This document shows, piece by piece, positions 37,012 through 47,054 of a DNA stretch of 64,000 bases. The position numbers were made by a program, and so were the translations under genes. This DNA is from Bacteroidota bacterium (lineage in GTDB: Bacteria > Bacteroidota > Ignavibacteria > UBA10030), in contig JBARRO010000139.1 of NCBI GenBank assembly GCA_049644265.1, positions 5,462 to 69,461 on the forward strand. The letters run 5' to 3'. The notes under the pieces are model-generated. The model saw only the letters and a program-made list of their open reading frames with translations. It had not been told where the DNA came from and did not search any database. Within the stretch, counting starts at the first letter, position 1. Each line of letters begins with the position of its first letter.

Positions 37012-37443
37012 ATGGGGCTTTTCCTCCGTGGCGACTACCGGGTAACTCAAAGGTCTGCATGGATCGTCAGCCACTGTGCGGACAGGCATCCTTTCCTGAT
37101 TGACGCATGGCTCAAACCCATGGTGAAGAGAATGCGCGAACCCGGCGTACACGACGCGGTCAGGCGGAACGGCATGCGGATTCTTCAGAACGTCGAGATC
37201 CCACGGCCGTTGATGGGGACAGTCGCTTCTCTTTGCTTTGAATACCTCTCTTCCGTCGATGCTCCTATTGCCGTGAAAGCAAACTCGATGACTGTCCTGG
37301 CCAACATTGCGCGGCGCGAGCCGGATCTCCGCCATGAGCTTGAGGCAATCGTACAGCAAATGATGCCCTACGTCGGTGCAGCACTTCGCTCAAGGGGCCG
37401 ACAAGTTCTGAAGGTTCTCGCCGCGGTGCAGCAAGCCCGATAG
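37012..37443 (+). CDS. Hypothetical alpha-helical (HEAT/ARM-like) protein
   Basis: 143 aa from the ATG. The frame is open upstream to about 36853, so a non-ATG start is possible. Confidence 0.45.
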   Translation: MGLFLRGDYRVTQRSAWIVSHCADRHPFLIDAWLKPMVKRMREPGVHDAVRRNGMRILQNVEIPRPLMGTVASLCFEYLSSVDAPIAVKANSMTVLANIARREPDLRHELEAIVQQMMPYVGAALRSRGRQVLKVLAAVQQAR

Positions 37444-37568
37444 AAAAACTTCCCCAATTATTTCTTCGCTCGTCTGTACGAATTCCCAATCCCGGTAGCA
37501 ACCTTTTTGTTCTTCCCCTCGTCTAATCTCTGTAACCCCCGAAACACTTTTCTCAGGTTTGATGTACG

Positions 37569-38786
37569 ATGGATTTTTCAGGGTTGGGCCGATCTGCTGG
37601 CCTTGTTCTCATTTGCTTCCTTCTGTCTCCATTGAGTCGTGCGAACTCAGCCGATGTATGGCGTTGGACCGGCGACAATACATTTGAACCCGGACCGGGT
37701 CCGTCCATGCGATTCGACGAAATCCTCGAACGCGCAGCGCTTCTTCCTCCCACCGAACGCCTTCACATGATCGACAGCATCCTGGCCACCCTGAACGGCT
37801 TCCCCTACATTGAATCGGACACGGTCGCTACGTTCATTTATCGCGGGGACGCGAAGGAAGTCACCGTTGCGTCGGATGCGAATGGCTGGGATGCGGGATC
37901 AGACTACATGATCAGAATTCCAGATACCGATGTCTGGTTCTTCCAGGATAACTTTGAACCGGATGCACGCATCGAGTACAACTTCATCGTGAACGGCAAG
38001 CACCCGGTGGTCGACCCAATGGCCTCGAATCAATTCGGTTCGGTCTCCGAGGTCCGCATGCCGAAGTATTCGGCACCCTGGGAAATCGAATACCTGACCG
38101 ACATTCCGCACGGAACGGTAAAGGATACGGCGATTTCAAGCGAGGTGTTGAAGGAAACACGCCAGGTGCGTGTCTATCTTCCTCCCAACTATTTTGACGC
38201 GCAATCCGACAGCTTCGGACTGGCCGTATTTCACGACGGATCAGAGTTTCTTTCCATTGGGCAGGCGAGAAATGTCCTTGATCGTCTGGCCTATGAGCGG
38301 ATGATGGAGCCGGTCATCGCGGTGTTCGTACCGCCGGAAAACCGCAGAGAAGAGTATATCGGCTCACAGACGGATGATTTCGCCCGATTCCTAGCGAACG
38401 AGCTTGTTCCCCAACTGAGCTCCAGATATAAAATAAAAGCCGCCCCAAAATTCCATGCCGTCTCTGGTTTTTCCAACGGCGGAAACTCTGCACTCTGGAC
38501 TGCACAACGGTTCCCGTCAGTCTATGGCAACGCGGCGTCGTTTTCCGGAAATCTCACAGCAGCAACCATGGACGCATACCGTGACAGTCTCGCTGTGCCA
38601 CTGCGGCTCTACGTTGAATCTGGAACCTATACAGATTTTCTCCAGGAGGCTCTTCAGTTCTCCTCCGTCGTCAGGACAAAAGGACATAGCCTGCGATTCG
38701 ACGTTGCCCACGAGGGGCACAGCTGGGCAAACGTGAGAGCCCATCTCCGCCGCGCCTTACAGTTCTTCTTTCCTCCGGGCAATTGA
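37569..38786 (+). CDS. Secreted esterase-family alpha/beta hydrolase (enterochelin-esterase-like)
   Basis: 405 aa. Signal peptide, GFSNGG nucleophile elbow (GxSxG), and an N-terminal Ig-like region. Confidence 0.7.
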   Translation: MDFSGLGRSAGLVLICFLLSPLSRANSADVWRWTGDNTFEPGPGPSMRFDEILERAALLPPTERLHMIDSILATLNGFPYIESDTVATFIYRGDAKEVTVASDANGWDAGSDYMIRIPDTDVWFFQDNFEPDARIEYNFIVNGKHPVVDPMASNQFGSVSEVRMPKYSAPWEIEYLTDIPHGTVKDTAISSEVLKETRQVRVYLPPNYFDAQSDSFGLAVFHDGSEFLSIGQARNVLDRLAYERMMEPVIAVFVPPENRREEYIGSQTDDFARFLANELVPQLSSRYKIKAAPKFHAVSGFSNGGNSALWTAQRFPSVYGNAASFSGNLTAATMDAYRDSLAVPLRLYVESGTYTDFLQEALQFSSVVRTKGHSLRFDVAHEGHSWANVRAHLRRALQFFFPPGN

Positions 38787-38856
38787 TTTTCACCCCCCGA
38801 GTCGCTACTTTCCATCCTCAAAGTTCAATCTCCTCCATCTTACCAAAGGAAGTTTC

Positions 38857-40551
38857 ATGAGATTTCTGCCCGCTCTTGTCCTGGTTTGTGTTGCCATCAT
38901 TTCATTCTCGGGTGCACGCCCGAAACCCTCAAAGTCCGGGGAGTGGGATTCATTCCTGAAGGACTTCATTGAACGCTATTTTGTCCTGCATCCTGACTTT
39001 GCAGTCTACTCGGGACGCCATGAGTTCGACGGCAGGTTCCCGGACTGGACTCCTGACGGATTGAAGGCGCAGGCCGCCTGGCTGCACGATCAACGGAAGA
39101 CGGCAATGTCATACGACGGAAGAGCTCTCGACGATCGGCAGCGATTTGAACGGGACTACCTTGCGGCAATCATCGACAAGGACCTGTTCTGGCTGGAGGA
39201 GGCCGAGGCTCCTTTCCGTAACCCGACGTTCTATTCCATCGACCCGAATGTCTATGTGGCAAGGCCCTACGCACCTCTGGAGACAAGAATGCGGGCGTAC
39301 ACCATGTATGCAAAGGGCATTCCTTCCGTGGCAACGCAGATCAGGAAGAATCTCCGTACGCCGCTCCCGCGGACGTTTGTCGATATCGGAAGGATTACGT
39401 TCGGCGGGCTGGCTTCATACTACGCGAACGATGTTCCCGCTGTCTTTGCAGGCGTAAAGGATCAAGCCCTCCAGTCGGAGTTTAAAGCGGCAAATGCAGA
39501 AGCCATCAAAGCGATGAAAGAGCTTGACGCATGGTTCGCAGGGCAAGCCCCCATGGCGACAAGCAACTTTGCACTCGGCACAAAGGTTTTTGCAGACATG
39601 CTGCGTGCGACGGAGCTTGTTGATACTCCGCTGGACGACCTCATGAACATTGGAAAGGCGGACCTCGAACGAAATCTCGTGGCGCTCCGCGATGCATGTG
39701 CCGCCTATGCGCCGGGCAAGACTGTGGCAGAGTGCATTCGAATGGTTCAGTCCAGAAAGCCAACAGGTGGTCCTATCGATGGGGCACGCAAACAACTCAG
39801 CGACCTCCGGAAGTACGTCGTAGAGAAGAATCTTGTGAGCGTTCCGGGAACAGAAGAAGCGCAGGTTCAAGAAGCTCCTCCTTACCAGCGCTGGAATTTC
39901 GCATACATCGATATCCCCGGGCCGTATGAAAAAGGGCTCCCCTCCGTCTATTATATCGCACCACCCGACACTTCGTGGACACCCAAGGAACGCGAAGAGT
40001 ATATCCCCGGCGAAGCGGACCTTCTTTTTACTTCGGTGCATGAAGTCTGGCCGGGGCATTTTCTTCAATTCCTGCATTCCAACCGATCGCCTTCGAAGTT
40101 CGGTCAGATTTTTGTCGGCTACGCGTTTGCCGAGGGCTGGGCACACTACGCAGAGGAGATGATGTGGGAGGCGGGTCTTGGCAGCGGAGATCAGGAGACC
40201 CACATCGGCCAGCTGTTGAATGCCCTCCTTCGGAACGTTCGGTTCATCTCTGCGATCGGTTTACACACGGGAACGATGACAGTGGAGGATTCGGAAAAGA
40301 TGTTCCGGGAGAAAGCGTATCAGGATGCGGGAACGGCGAAGCAACAGGCCGCACGCGGTACCTTCGATCCGGCGTATCTGAATTACACCATGGGCAAACT
40401 GATGATCCGGAAGCTGCGGGACGACTGGACTGCATTGCGCGGGGGTCGAACTGCATGGAAGGAATTCCATGACAAGCTTCTCTCCTTCGGCGGCCCTCCG
40501 ATTCCCCTTGTGCGAAGAGCGTTGATGGGGAAGCCGGGACCATTGTTCTAG
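38857..40551 (+). CDS. DUF885 family lipoprotein/peptidase-like protein
   Basis: 564 aa. Signal peptide. Motif HEVWPGHF typical of DUF885. Confidence 0.65.
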   Translation: MRFLPALVLVCVAIISFSGARPKPSKSGEWDSFLKDFIERYFVLHPDFAVYSGRHEFDGRFPDWTPDGLKAQAAWLHDQRKTAMSYDGRALDDRQRFERDYLAAIIDKDLFWLEEAEAPFRNPTFYSIDPNVYVARPYAPLETRMRAYTMYAKGIPSVATQIRKNLRTPLPRTFVDIGRITFGGLASYYANDVPAVFAGVKDQALQSEFKAANAEAIKAMKELDAWFAGQAPMATSNFALGTKVFADMLRATELVDTPLDDLMNIGKADLERNLVALRDACAAYAPGKTVAECIRMVQSRKPTGGPIDGARKQLSDLRKYVVEKNLVSVPGTEEAQVQEAPPYQRWNFAYIDIPGPYEKGLPSVYYIAPPDTSWTPKEREEYIPGEADLLFTSVHEVWPGHFLQFLHSNRSPSKFGQIFVGYAFAEGWAHYAEEMMWEAGLGSGDQETHIGQLLNALLRNVRFISAIGLHTGTMTVEDSEKMFREKAYQDAGTAKQQAARGTFDPAYLNYTMGKLMIRKLRDDWTALRGGRTAWKEFHDKLLSFGGPPIPLVRRALMGKPGPLF

Positions 40552-40726
40552 CTCCGGTGTTTGAAAAGCAAACCGCAAAGAACCGCAAAGCTCGCCGCCA
40601 GTTTTTTGGCGAGGGGGCGCAAAGATCACGTATCATTTTCCTTTGCGCCTTCTCGGCGCTCTTTGAGGTTCAATGTTAGAGGAGTCTCTCGGAATCGCCT
40701 TCCAACCATCCGTCTGATCAACGACT

Positions 40727-41308
40727 GTGGAAATCGGAACCACTCTGTATGTCACAACGCGACGCCAGTGGCGCGCATGGTTACGGGCCAATTGCGCGCG
40801 CAAGAAGGAAATCTGGCTGATTTATTACAAGAAGAATTCCGGAAAGCCGAGGATTCCGTATAACGACTCGGTCGAAGAGGCGCTCTGCTACGGTTGGATC
40901 GACAGCATTCTCAAACCCATCGACAGCGAAAAATACGCTCAGCGGTTTTCTCCACGCCGAAAGGACAGCAAATTCTTGTCCGAGATGAATCGCGAGCGTG
41001 TCAGAAGGTTGATGAAGGAAGGGAAGATGACGTCAGCAGGTCTCACAGCTATCAGGCATCTTCTCGACGGCAAGGGCAGGGATCCGGCGATCCACGACAA
41101 TCAGCTTGTTCTTCCTGCTGGCTTGAAACGGGCGCTCAAAAAGGATCCTCAGACCTGGAAGAATTTTTCCAAATTCCCCGAATCTTACAAGAAAATACGC
41201 ATCGGCTGGATCGTGGCAGCGAGACACAGACGGGAGATTTACCGGCAGCGGCTGCGGTACTTCCTGAGAATGACTGCACAGAATAAGAAGTTTGGGATGG
41301 TGAAGTAG
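40727..41308 (+). CDS. YdeI/OmpD-associated family protein
   Basis: 193 aa, GTG start. Family-like pattern YVTTRRQWRAWL...EALCYGWIDS. Confidence 0.6.
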   Translation: MEIGTTLYVTTRRQWRAWLRANCARKKEIWLIYYKKNSGKPRIPYNDSVEEALCYGWIDSILKPIDSEKYAQRFSPRRKDSKFLSEMNRERVRRLMKEGKMTSAGLTAIRHLLDGKGRDPAIHDNQLVLPAGLKRALKKDPQTWKNFSKFPESYKKIRIGWIVAARHRREIYRQRLRYFLRMTAQNKKFGMVK

Positions 41309-41311
41309 GGG

Positions 41312-41511
41312 GATGGGAGAGGTGAGATGTAAGATGTGGGATGTAAGAAGTGAGATGTGAGTTTCGAGTTTTCGGTTCTGAGTTTAGAGTTCAAAGTTCA
41401 GGTTACACTCTACCTATCACTTTTCGCTTTTCATTTTTCACTGTTCACTGTTTGCTTTTCACCTTTCACTTTTCGCTTTTCACTGTTTACAGTTCACCAT
41501 CCGCGAGCATC
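41312..41511. repeat. Composite intergenic element (GAGATGT)n-(GAGTTT)n-AGTTCAAAGTTCAGGTT-(TTTTCAC)n
   Basis: Same architecture as 36752-36900. Occupies the spurious 5' extension of ORF 41357-42127. Confidence 0.75.
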
Positions 41512-42127
41512 CGTGAGTAGCCGCTTCCGACATATCGCTCTCCTTCTCAGCTTCCTCGCAATTTTCATCTGGTCCGTGATCTATCCCAAGGATCTTTTCA
41601 CCTGGTTTCTCGAAGTTTTCCCGGCAATCATCGGACTCTGGGTCCTTCTTGCCACGTATAAACGATTCCCGTTGTCGGATCTGGTGTACGGATTAATCTG
41701 GATTCACGCAATCATTCTTGTTATCGGCGGACACTACACGTATGCCGAGATGCCGTTGTTCAGCTGGATCAGAGACACGTTTCATCAGTCGCGAAATTAC
41801 TATGACAGAGTGGGGCACTTCGCGCAGGGGTTTATCCCGGCGATGATTGCGCGCGAGGTGCTCTTACGAACAACCTCTCTGAAACGCAGCAAAATGCTGA
41901 CGTTCATTATTGTCTCAATTTGTCTCGCAATCAGCGCCGTTTATGAACTGATCGAATGGGGAGTTGCGGAGGCGACCGGTTCAGCTGCCGACGCTTTTTT
42001 GGGAAGTCAGGGAGATGTGTGGGACACGCAGTGGGATATGTTTACGGCGTTGTGTGGGGCGATGATTTCCGTTGGGACACTCTCCCGGGCGCATGATCGC
42101 TCGATGTCGAGGTTGCCTTCCGAATGA
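41512..42127 (+). CDS. DUF2238 family inner-membrane protein
   Basis: Likely GTG start at 41512. Four to five TM helices. The upstream ORF extension reads as repeat-encoded nonsense. Confidence 0.6.
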
Positions 42128-42250
42128 TCCTGCTTCATATTTCTTTATCAGATCCTTCCTTGAATTGCCGTCCTCTTCTGTCGGCCTAAAAGGCCGACCT
42201 ACCGGGGATGGAAATGATCCTATTCGTGTTCTTCGTGTCCTTCGTGGTAC

Positions 42251-42286
42251 AAAAAAAAGCGTGGGAAGAAAAATCTCTTCCCACGC
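42251..42286 (-). terminator. Rho-independent terminator of the multihaem cytochrome gene
   Basis: On the minus strand: gcgtgggaagagatttttcttcccacgc followed by TTTTTTTT. Confidence 0.8.
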
Positions 42287-42315
42287 CCGGAGGATACAAG
42301 AAGACAGCCTGGCGG

Positions 42316-45249
42316 CTATTTAATCAGGACCATCTTCCTGGTTGAAACGAAGTCACCTGCCTGCAAGCGGTAGACATACACGCCGCTGCTGACTGCCTGG
42401 CCCGCATTGTTCGTGCCATGCCAGGTCACTCCATGGTTGCCCGCGGACATCGTGGTATTCACGAGTGTCGTTACGAGTTCACCGGAGACGGAGTAAATCG
42501 AAAGCTTCACAAAGGATTCGGTCGGAAGAGCAAACCGGATCTGTGTGCTTGGGTTGAACGGGTTGGGATAATTCTGACCCAGCGCATACACGGTGGGAAT
42601 CCCGTTCTCATCTTCGACGTTGGTCGTCTTGAGACCGACTTCGATCGAGAAAGCACCCATGTTGCCGGCGTTGTCCATGCCCACAACCTTGTAGTAGTAC
42701 ATCGTTCCCGGCAGCACGTTGACATCGCGACCCTGAACGGCCTTGTCAACCGTCAACACAGGCGTCAAGCCGGTCGGGTCAAAGTTCTGGCTGGTGCTGC
42801 GATACACGAGATACTGCACGACGTCGTTGTCGCGAGTCGTCGGAGCGTCCCACTTCAGGTCGACGCCCTGCGGGGTTGCATTCACCGTCACGCCCGTCGG
42901 GGCAAGCGGCGTGAGGTTATTCAACGAGTAACCGCTGTCAATCGGAGAGCTGTAAACCACAGTTGGGTCGTCCGTGTACCCGCAAACGAAGAAGGCCGTG
43001 TACTTCATGCCTGCTACTTTTGTGGAATCAAAGATTGTCGGTGCGACGGTGGAGTACTGGGTGAAGTTCATCGGATAGACATCCCCGACAAACGTCCACA
43101 CAGATCCGCCCAGCGCATACTGACTGCCGACCACGGAAGACTTCAGCATTTCCGTAAACGAACCCGCCTTCTTGTACGCAATGCCTGCTGACGGGAGAAT
43201 CGGATCCTGTCTCCAGATCCCGTATGCTGTCAACCGGTTCACGCTGTAGGACTCCGCGGGGAACTTGTTCCATACAATCTGAACAGTCTTCCCGTTGTCG
43301 CCCGGGACATCCTTGATCTGGACAATGCTTGCCGCAGCCGCACCGAGCTGAAGCTGCTCGATGGAGGACGTCAGAAGACCCTTGGCATACAGATAATTGT
43401 GCACGCCAAAGCTTCCGTCGTTGTTCACGAACTGATAGTTGTACGCCGCAGCCTTTTCCGGAACCGTGAGCTTGCGCTTGCTTCCGGCGGGTGCATTCTT
43501 CCAGTTTTGATACACGATCGTGTCGCTTGGCAGAATTACTGCGCCGACTGAATCGCGTTTGGGGAGGGCGTTGAGCAGTGTGGCAAGGAGCGCCTTTGTC
43601 TTGGCTTGCGTAAAGTCGACAAATTCAATGCTCGTTCCTTCGCCATGGCATTCGGCACATCCCGTCGGATTGAGAACCGGGACGGAGTCGCCGGGTGCAG
43701 TGTAGGCAACCCGGAAGGTGTGACCACCAAGCTTATTCAACATCGTGTCTGGCTTGCTGAAGTTCGCAGCTTGGGAAGCCAGGAACGACGGCGAGTCGGC
43801 CATATGGCACGTCACGCATTTCTCGGCAATGTCGCTGTGCGAGGAATTCTCATACTTGTAGCCCGGCAACTCCCAGCCGCTCCATTTTCCAAGCGCTGCG
43901 GTAATCAGGTTGGGGTTCGCCATGTAGTTCTTCAACACATCGAGCGAGAACGCCGGAGCTTTTGTTCCATCGAGCATCGGACCCTGATGGGCCGCATGCA
44001 ATCCACGGCTGCTGATGCGCGTCTCGTGGCAACCGACACAGACTTCTGCAATCGAGGCTGCACGGAGCTGGGCGGCATTCTTGTTGCTGTGCGGATCGTG
44101 GCACGTCGTGCAACCGACGGGCTCGGGATCCGGATAAACTTTGTTTCCACTCGCGACGACCGGCTCGGGTTCGCCGTTGATCGTCTGTCCGATGTATCCT
44201 TGTGCCGTATGACACTTGGCGCAAATTGGACGGTCGGTGTATTCCACCTGTGCGCCTTCCGCCATAGAAACGGCGTGCAAGGAGCCTGACCAGGCGTAGC
44301 CTTTGCCATGACGGTCACTGGAGAAGTGACATGGTGCGCAAACGTCGGAAGACAGAGAGCGATCCAACTTCGTGTTGTCGGGAGTCGGGAAACCTGAAGA
44401 CGTGTGCTGCGATGCAGGACCGTGGCAGTTTTCGCACTGAATGCTCGTGAGTCCCATCATGGTCCTCAACCCAATATTTGAACCTGCTGCCGTCACCAAT
44501 GAATCAAAGACCCCGGGGTGCTGGGGAGTAACGACTTTGAAACTCAACGACGTTGCATATTCGGTGTAGCCATCGTTGGGCGCTCCGGTGACTGTGGATT
44601 TATATGCACCAGCGGAGTGACAGGACATGCAGTTGTTCGAGAAATGTCCGCCGGCCGGTTCGGGCTGGTCAAGGTCGGTCAGTGCATCGAACCGTCGCTT
44701 GACGGCCTTTGCGTGCTTCGTCTTCTGCCAGTCGGTGAACTTGCCCGGACTCGTGAAGTGACATGCGCACCCGGAGGGCACAGTGTTGGCAGCCAGACTG
44801 ATGCCGGCGCCGACAAACTTTGAAGCAATAACTTTGATGGAAACGGAAGGCGTCGTTCCTGACGCAGTCGTCGCCGTCATGCCGACGGTGTACTCACCGG
44901 CAACATCCGGAATAAAATATACGATGGTTCCGTTGAGACCCGTCGCGGTGTCCTGGATCGTTGCAGTGGTTCCACCAGGCCCGGTCAGCGTCCATGCTGC
45001 GCTGGTAACCGACAGGAGTGTTTCGTTATATTTTGTGGCGGTACCAGAATACACCTTTGGTGCCAGCACAACGCGGTTGCCAATGCCCACAGTTTTGAGA
45101 CCGTAGGTTGATTCGTTCTTGTTGGCCGCTTTGAACCGGTCGGGAACGCCCACAACCATGATCTTGCCTGTTTGGGCGAACGCTCCGACTGGGAGCGCTA
45201 TGGAAAGCGCAAGGACAACAATGGAACAGATGAGTAAGAATCTCCTCAT
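42316..45249 (-). CDS. Secreted multihaem c-type cytochrome (at least 8 CxxCH) with FN3 domain and T9SS C-terminal sorting domain
   Basis: Start ATG at 45249 with RBS aaggagga and signal peptide MRRFLLICSIVVLALSIALPVGAFAQ. The ORF track extends 53 codons further upstream. CxxCH motifs: CMSCH, CENCH, CAPCH, CAKCH, CTTCH, CVGCH, CVTCH, CAECH. C-terminus YPNPFNPSTQIRF...VYVYRLQAGDFVSTRKMVLIK matches a Por/T9SS CTD. Confidence 0.85.
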   Translation of the reverse strand: MRRFLLICSIVVLALSIALPVGAFAQTGKIMVVGVPDRFKAANKNESTYGLKTVGIGNRVVLAPKVYSGTATKYNETLLSVTSAAWTLTGPGGTTATIQDTATGLNGTIVYFIPDVAGEYTVGMTATTASGTTPSVSIKVIASKFVGAGISLAANTVPSGCACHFTSPGKFTDWQKTKHAKAVKRRFDALTDLDQPEPAGGHFSNNCMSCHSAGAYKSTVTGAPNDGYTEYATSLSFKVVTPQHPGVFDSLVTAAGSNIGLRTMMGLTSIQCENCHGPASQHTSSGFPTPDNTKLDRSLSSDVCAPCHFSSDRHGKGYAWSGSLHAVSMAEGAQVEYTDRPICAKCHTAQGYIGQTINGEPEPVVASGNKVYPDPEPVGCTTCHDPHSNKNAAQLRAASIAEVCVGCHETRISSRGLHAAHQGPMLDGTKAPAFSLDVLKNYMANPNLITAALGKWSGWELPGYKYENSSHSDIAEKCVTCHMADSPSFLASQAANFSKPDTMLNKLGGHTFRVAYTAPGDSVPVLNPTGCAECHGEGTSIEFVDFTQAKTKALLATLLNALPKRDSVGAVILPSDTIVYQNWKNAPAGSKRKLTVPEKAAAYNYQFVNNDGSFGVHNYLYAKGLLTSSIEQLQLGAAAASIVQIKDVPGDNGKTVQIVWNKFPAESYSVNRLTAYGIWRQDPILPSAGIAYKKAGSFTEMLKSSVVGSQYALGGSVWTFVGDVYPMNFTQYSTVAPTIFDSTKVAGMKYTAFFVCGYTDDPTVVYSSPIDSGYSLNNLTPLAPTGVTVNATPQGVDLKWDAPTTRDNDVVQYLVYRSTSQNFDPTGLTPVLTVDKAVQGRDVNVLPGTMYYYKVVGMDNAGNMGAFSIEVGLKTTNVEDENGIPTVYALGQNYPNPFNPSTQIRFALPTESFVKLSIYSVSGELVTTLVNTTMSAGNHGVTWHGTNNAGQAVSSGVYVYRLQAGDFVSTRKMVLIK

Positions 45250-45648
45250 AAATCCTCCTTCGCGGAATAATTTGAGAGATCGTTCAATGGAGTTTGGGGA
45301 CATGAAAGACGATTTGTTGGTAGGTTGGTGATCGATCCCCAGGATGTCTTCAACAGAAATTTTCGTTGCGTCTGTTACAATTCCCCGGGAATCACCACTA
45401 TCCGTCAACTTTTATACCACTGTTCTTTCAAAGTAAGAGGATGTAGAGCCCTCAAAAGCGGAACAAAATCGACGACCGTACAGGTGATCATCTTCTCAAT
45501 TATTAGAATTGCGGAAATCAACAAATCCAACTTCTCTATTCTCATAAACGAGTCTTAAGAATCGTTATTCCATTGTCGGCTGTCTGAATGAGGAGCGGAA
45601 CGTTGAAAGCAAGCAATGCGTTGTGGGAACCAACCAAAGGAACGTACG

Positions 45649-46077
45649 ATGCGGTTGTGGAGTCTCCATCCGTCCTATCTCGACGCCAAAGGCCTGGTCG
45701 CCGTCTGGCGTGAGGCGCTTCTTGCGAGAGCAGTGTTGCGCGGGGCGACGAAAGGGTACAAGCACCATGCACAACTCGAGCGGTTCAGGAAATGCCGACG
45801 ACCTCTTGCCGCAATCAACAGCTATCTTAGCGGAATTAATGACGAGGCACTTCGAAGAGGATACAAATTTGACAGCAGGAAGCTTGGACCCCCGTCACGA
45901 GGCCCAGTGCTTACGGTGACACGAGGACAGCTTCGGTATGAGCTGGAACATCTGAAGAAAAAACTTCGAACGAGAGACACGCAGCGGTACAACAAGTTGG
46001 CAACCCTGAAGAGAGTTCATCCACATCCCCTCTTTCGGGTCATTGCGGGAACAGTTGAATCCTGGGAAAGACTTTGA
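45649..46077 (+). CDS. Pyrimidine-dimer DNA glycosylase (T4 endonuclease V-like) family protein
   Basis: ATG at 45649. N-terminus MRLWSLHPSYLDAKGLVAVWREALLA resembles the Pyr_excise family N-terminus. Confidence 0.6.
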   Translation: MRLWSLHPSYLDAKGLVAVWREALLARAVLRGATKGYKHHAQLERFRKCRRPLAAINSYLSGINDEALRRGYKFDSRKLGPPSRGPVLTVTRGQLRYELEHLKKKLRTRDTQRYNKLATLKRVHPHPLFRVIAGTVESWERL

Positions 46078-46082
46078 CGGAA

Positions 46083-46964
46083 CTACGAGGCTGACGCTGA
46101 AGCGGCTTTGAGAGTATTCTTCATCAGGAGGGCGATGGTCATCGGACCAACCCCGCCGGGGACCGGGGTTATCGCCTTGGCAATTTTTTCCGCGGAAGCG
46201 AAATGAACATCTCCCACAATACGGTATCCGTTCTTTGCTGAGGCATCCTCAACGCGGTTGATTCCGACATCGATCACGACAACTCCTTCCTTCAACATCT
46301 CACCGCGTATAAACTCTGCTTTGCCGATGGCTGCGATAAGAATATCGGCCGCCTTCGTGTAGGGCGTCAAGTCCTTTGCCCCGGTGTGGGCAATAGTGAC
46401 AATCGCATTTGCCGCTGCTTGTTTCTGCATGAGCATATTCGCGACCGGCTTGCCGACAATATTGCTCCTTCCAACGACAACCACATGCTTCCCGGAAGGA
46501 TCGTTGCCGCTGCGAATCAGGAGCTCCTGAATCCCTGCGGGCGTGCAAGGCTTGAACGTCTCTTCGCCAAGCACAAGCTTGCCAATATTCTGCGGATGGA
46601 ATCCGTCAACATCCTTCGTGGGGCTGACGCTTTCAATGACCCGCTGTTCGCTGATGTGTTTCGGAAGGGGCAGCTGGACGAGAATTCCGTGAATTCTGGT
46701 GTCCACATTGAACTGGCGAATTTTTTCAAGAAGAATTTGCTCCGAAGTATCTGCCGACATCCGCTCCGTCACCGAGTAGAATCCCATTTCCTCGCATGCC
46801 TTCCCTTTCATCCGCACATAGATCTGGGATGAGGAATTCTCTCCCACCAGTATAAAGGCGAGGCCGGGGGTAATTCCTTTCGCGTTCTTCAGGCGAAGGG
46901 TTTCGCCTTTGACCTCCTGCCGGATGTCTTCGGAGATCTTTTTGCCGTCGATGATTTGGGCCAA
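46083..46964 (-). CDS. folD: Bifunctional methylenetetrahydrofolate dehydrogenase / methenyltetrahydrofolate cyclohydrolase
   Basis: 293 aa, TTG start. IIDGKKISEDI N-terminus, Rossmann GRSNIVGKP, and PGGVGPMT motif. Confidence 0.9.
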   Translation of the reverse strand: MAQIIDGKKISEDIRQEVKGETLRLKNAKGITPGLAFILVGENSSSQIYVRMKGKACEEMGFYSVTERMSADTSEQILLEKIRQFNVDTRIHGILVQLPLPKHISEQRVIESVSPTKDVDGFHPQNIGKLVLGEETFKPCTPAGIQELLIRSGNDPSGKHVVVVGRSNIVGKPVANMLMQKQAAANAIVTIAHTGAKDLTPYTKAADILIAAIGKAEFIRGEMLKEGVVVIDVGINRVEDASAKNGYRIVGDVHFASAEKIAKAITPVPGGVGPMTIALLMKNTLKAASASAS

Positions 46965-47050
46965 GGGAGTTGAGGAGTAGTGAGTAGACGAGTGGAGGAG
47001 TCTATGAGTCGATGAGTCTATGAGTCGATGAGTAGATGAGCCTCTAAGTA
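46965..47050. repeat. GAGTAGATGAGTC octamer array
   Basis: gaggagtagtgagtagacgagtggaggagtctatgagtcgatgagtctatgagtcgatgagtagatgag. Confidence 0.7.
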
Positions 47051-47054
47051 GGAA

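Noticed and set aside
41357-41511. Annotated start of the DUF2238 ORF (MSFEFSVLSLEFKVQV...FSLFTV)
   Set aside because: The translation is a periodic Phe/Ser/Leu readout of the composite repeat element. A start near 41512 fits DUF2238 homologues.
42418-44289. Several 200-260-aa plus-strand ORFs
   Set aside because: All antisense to the multihaem cytochrome gene, whose CxxCH motifs and T9SS domain define the true frame.
45250-45408. 53-codon N-terminal extension of the cytochrome ORF (MTDSGDSRG...)
   Set aside because: The internal ATG at 45249 has a strong RBS (aaggagga) and is followed directly by a canonical signal peptide. The extension has no features.
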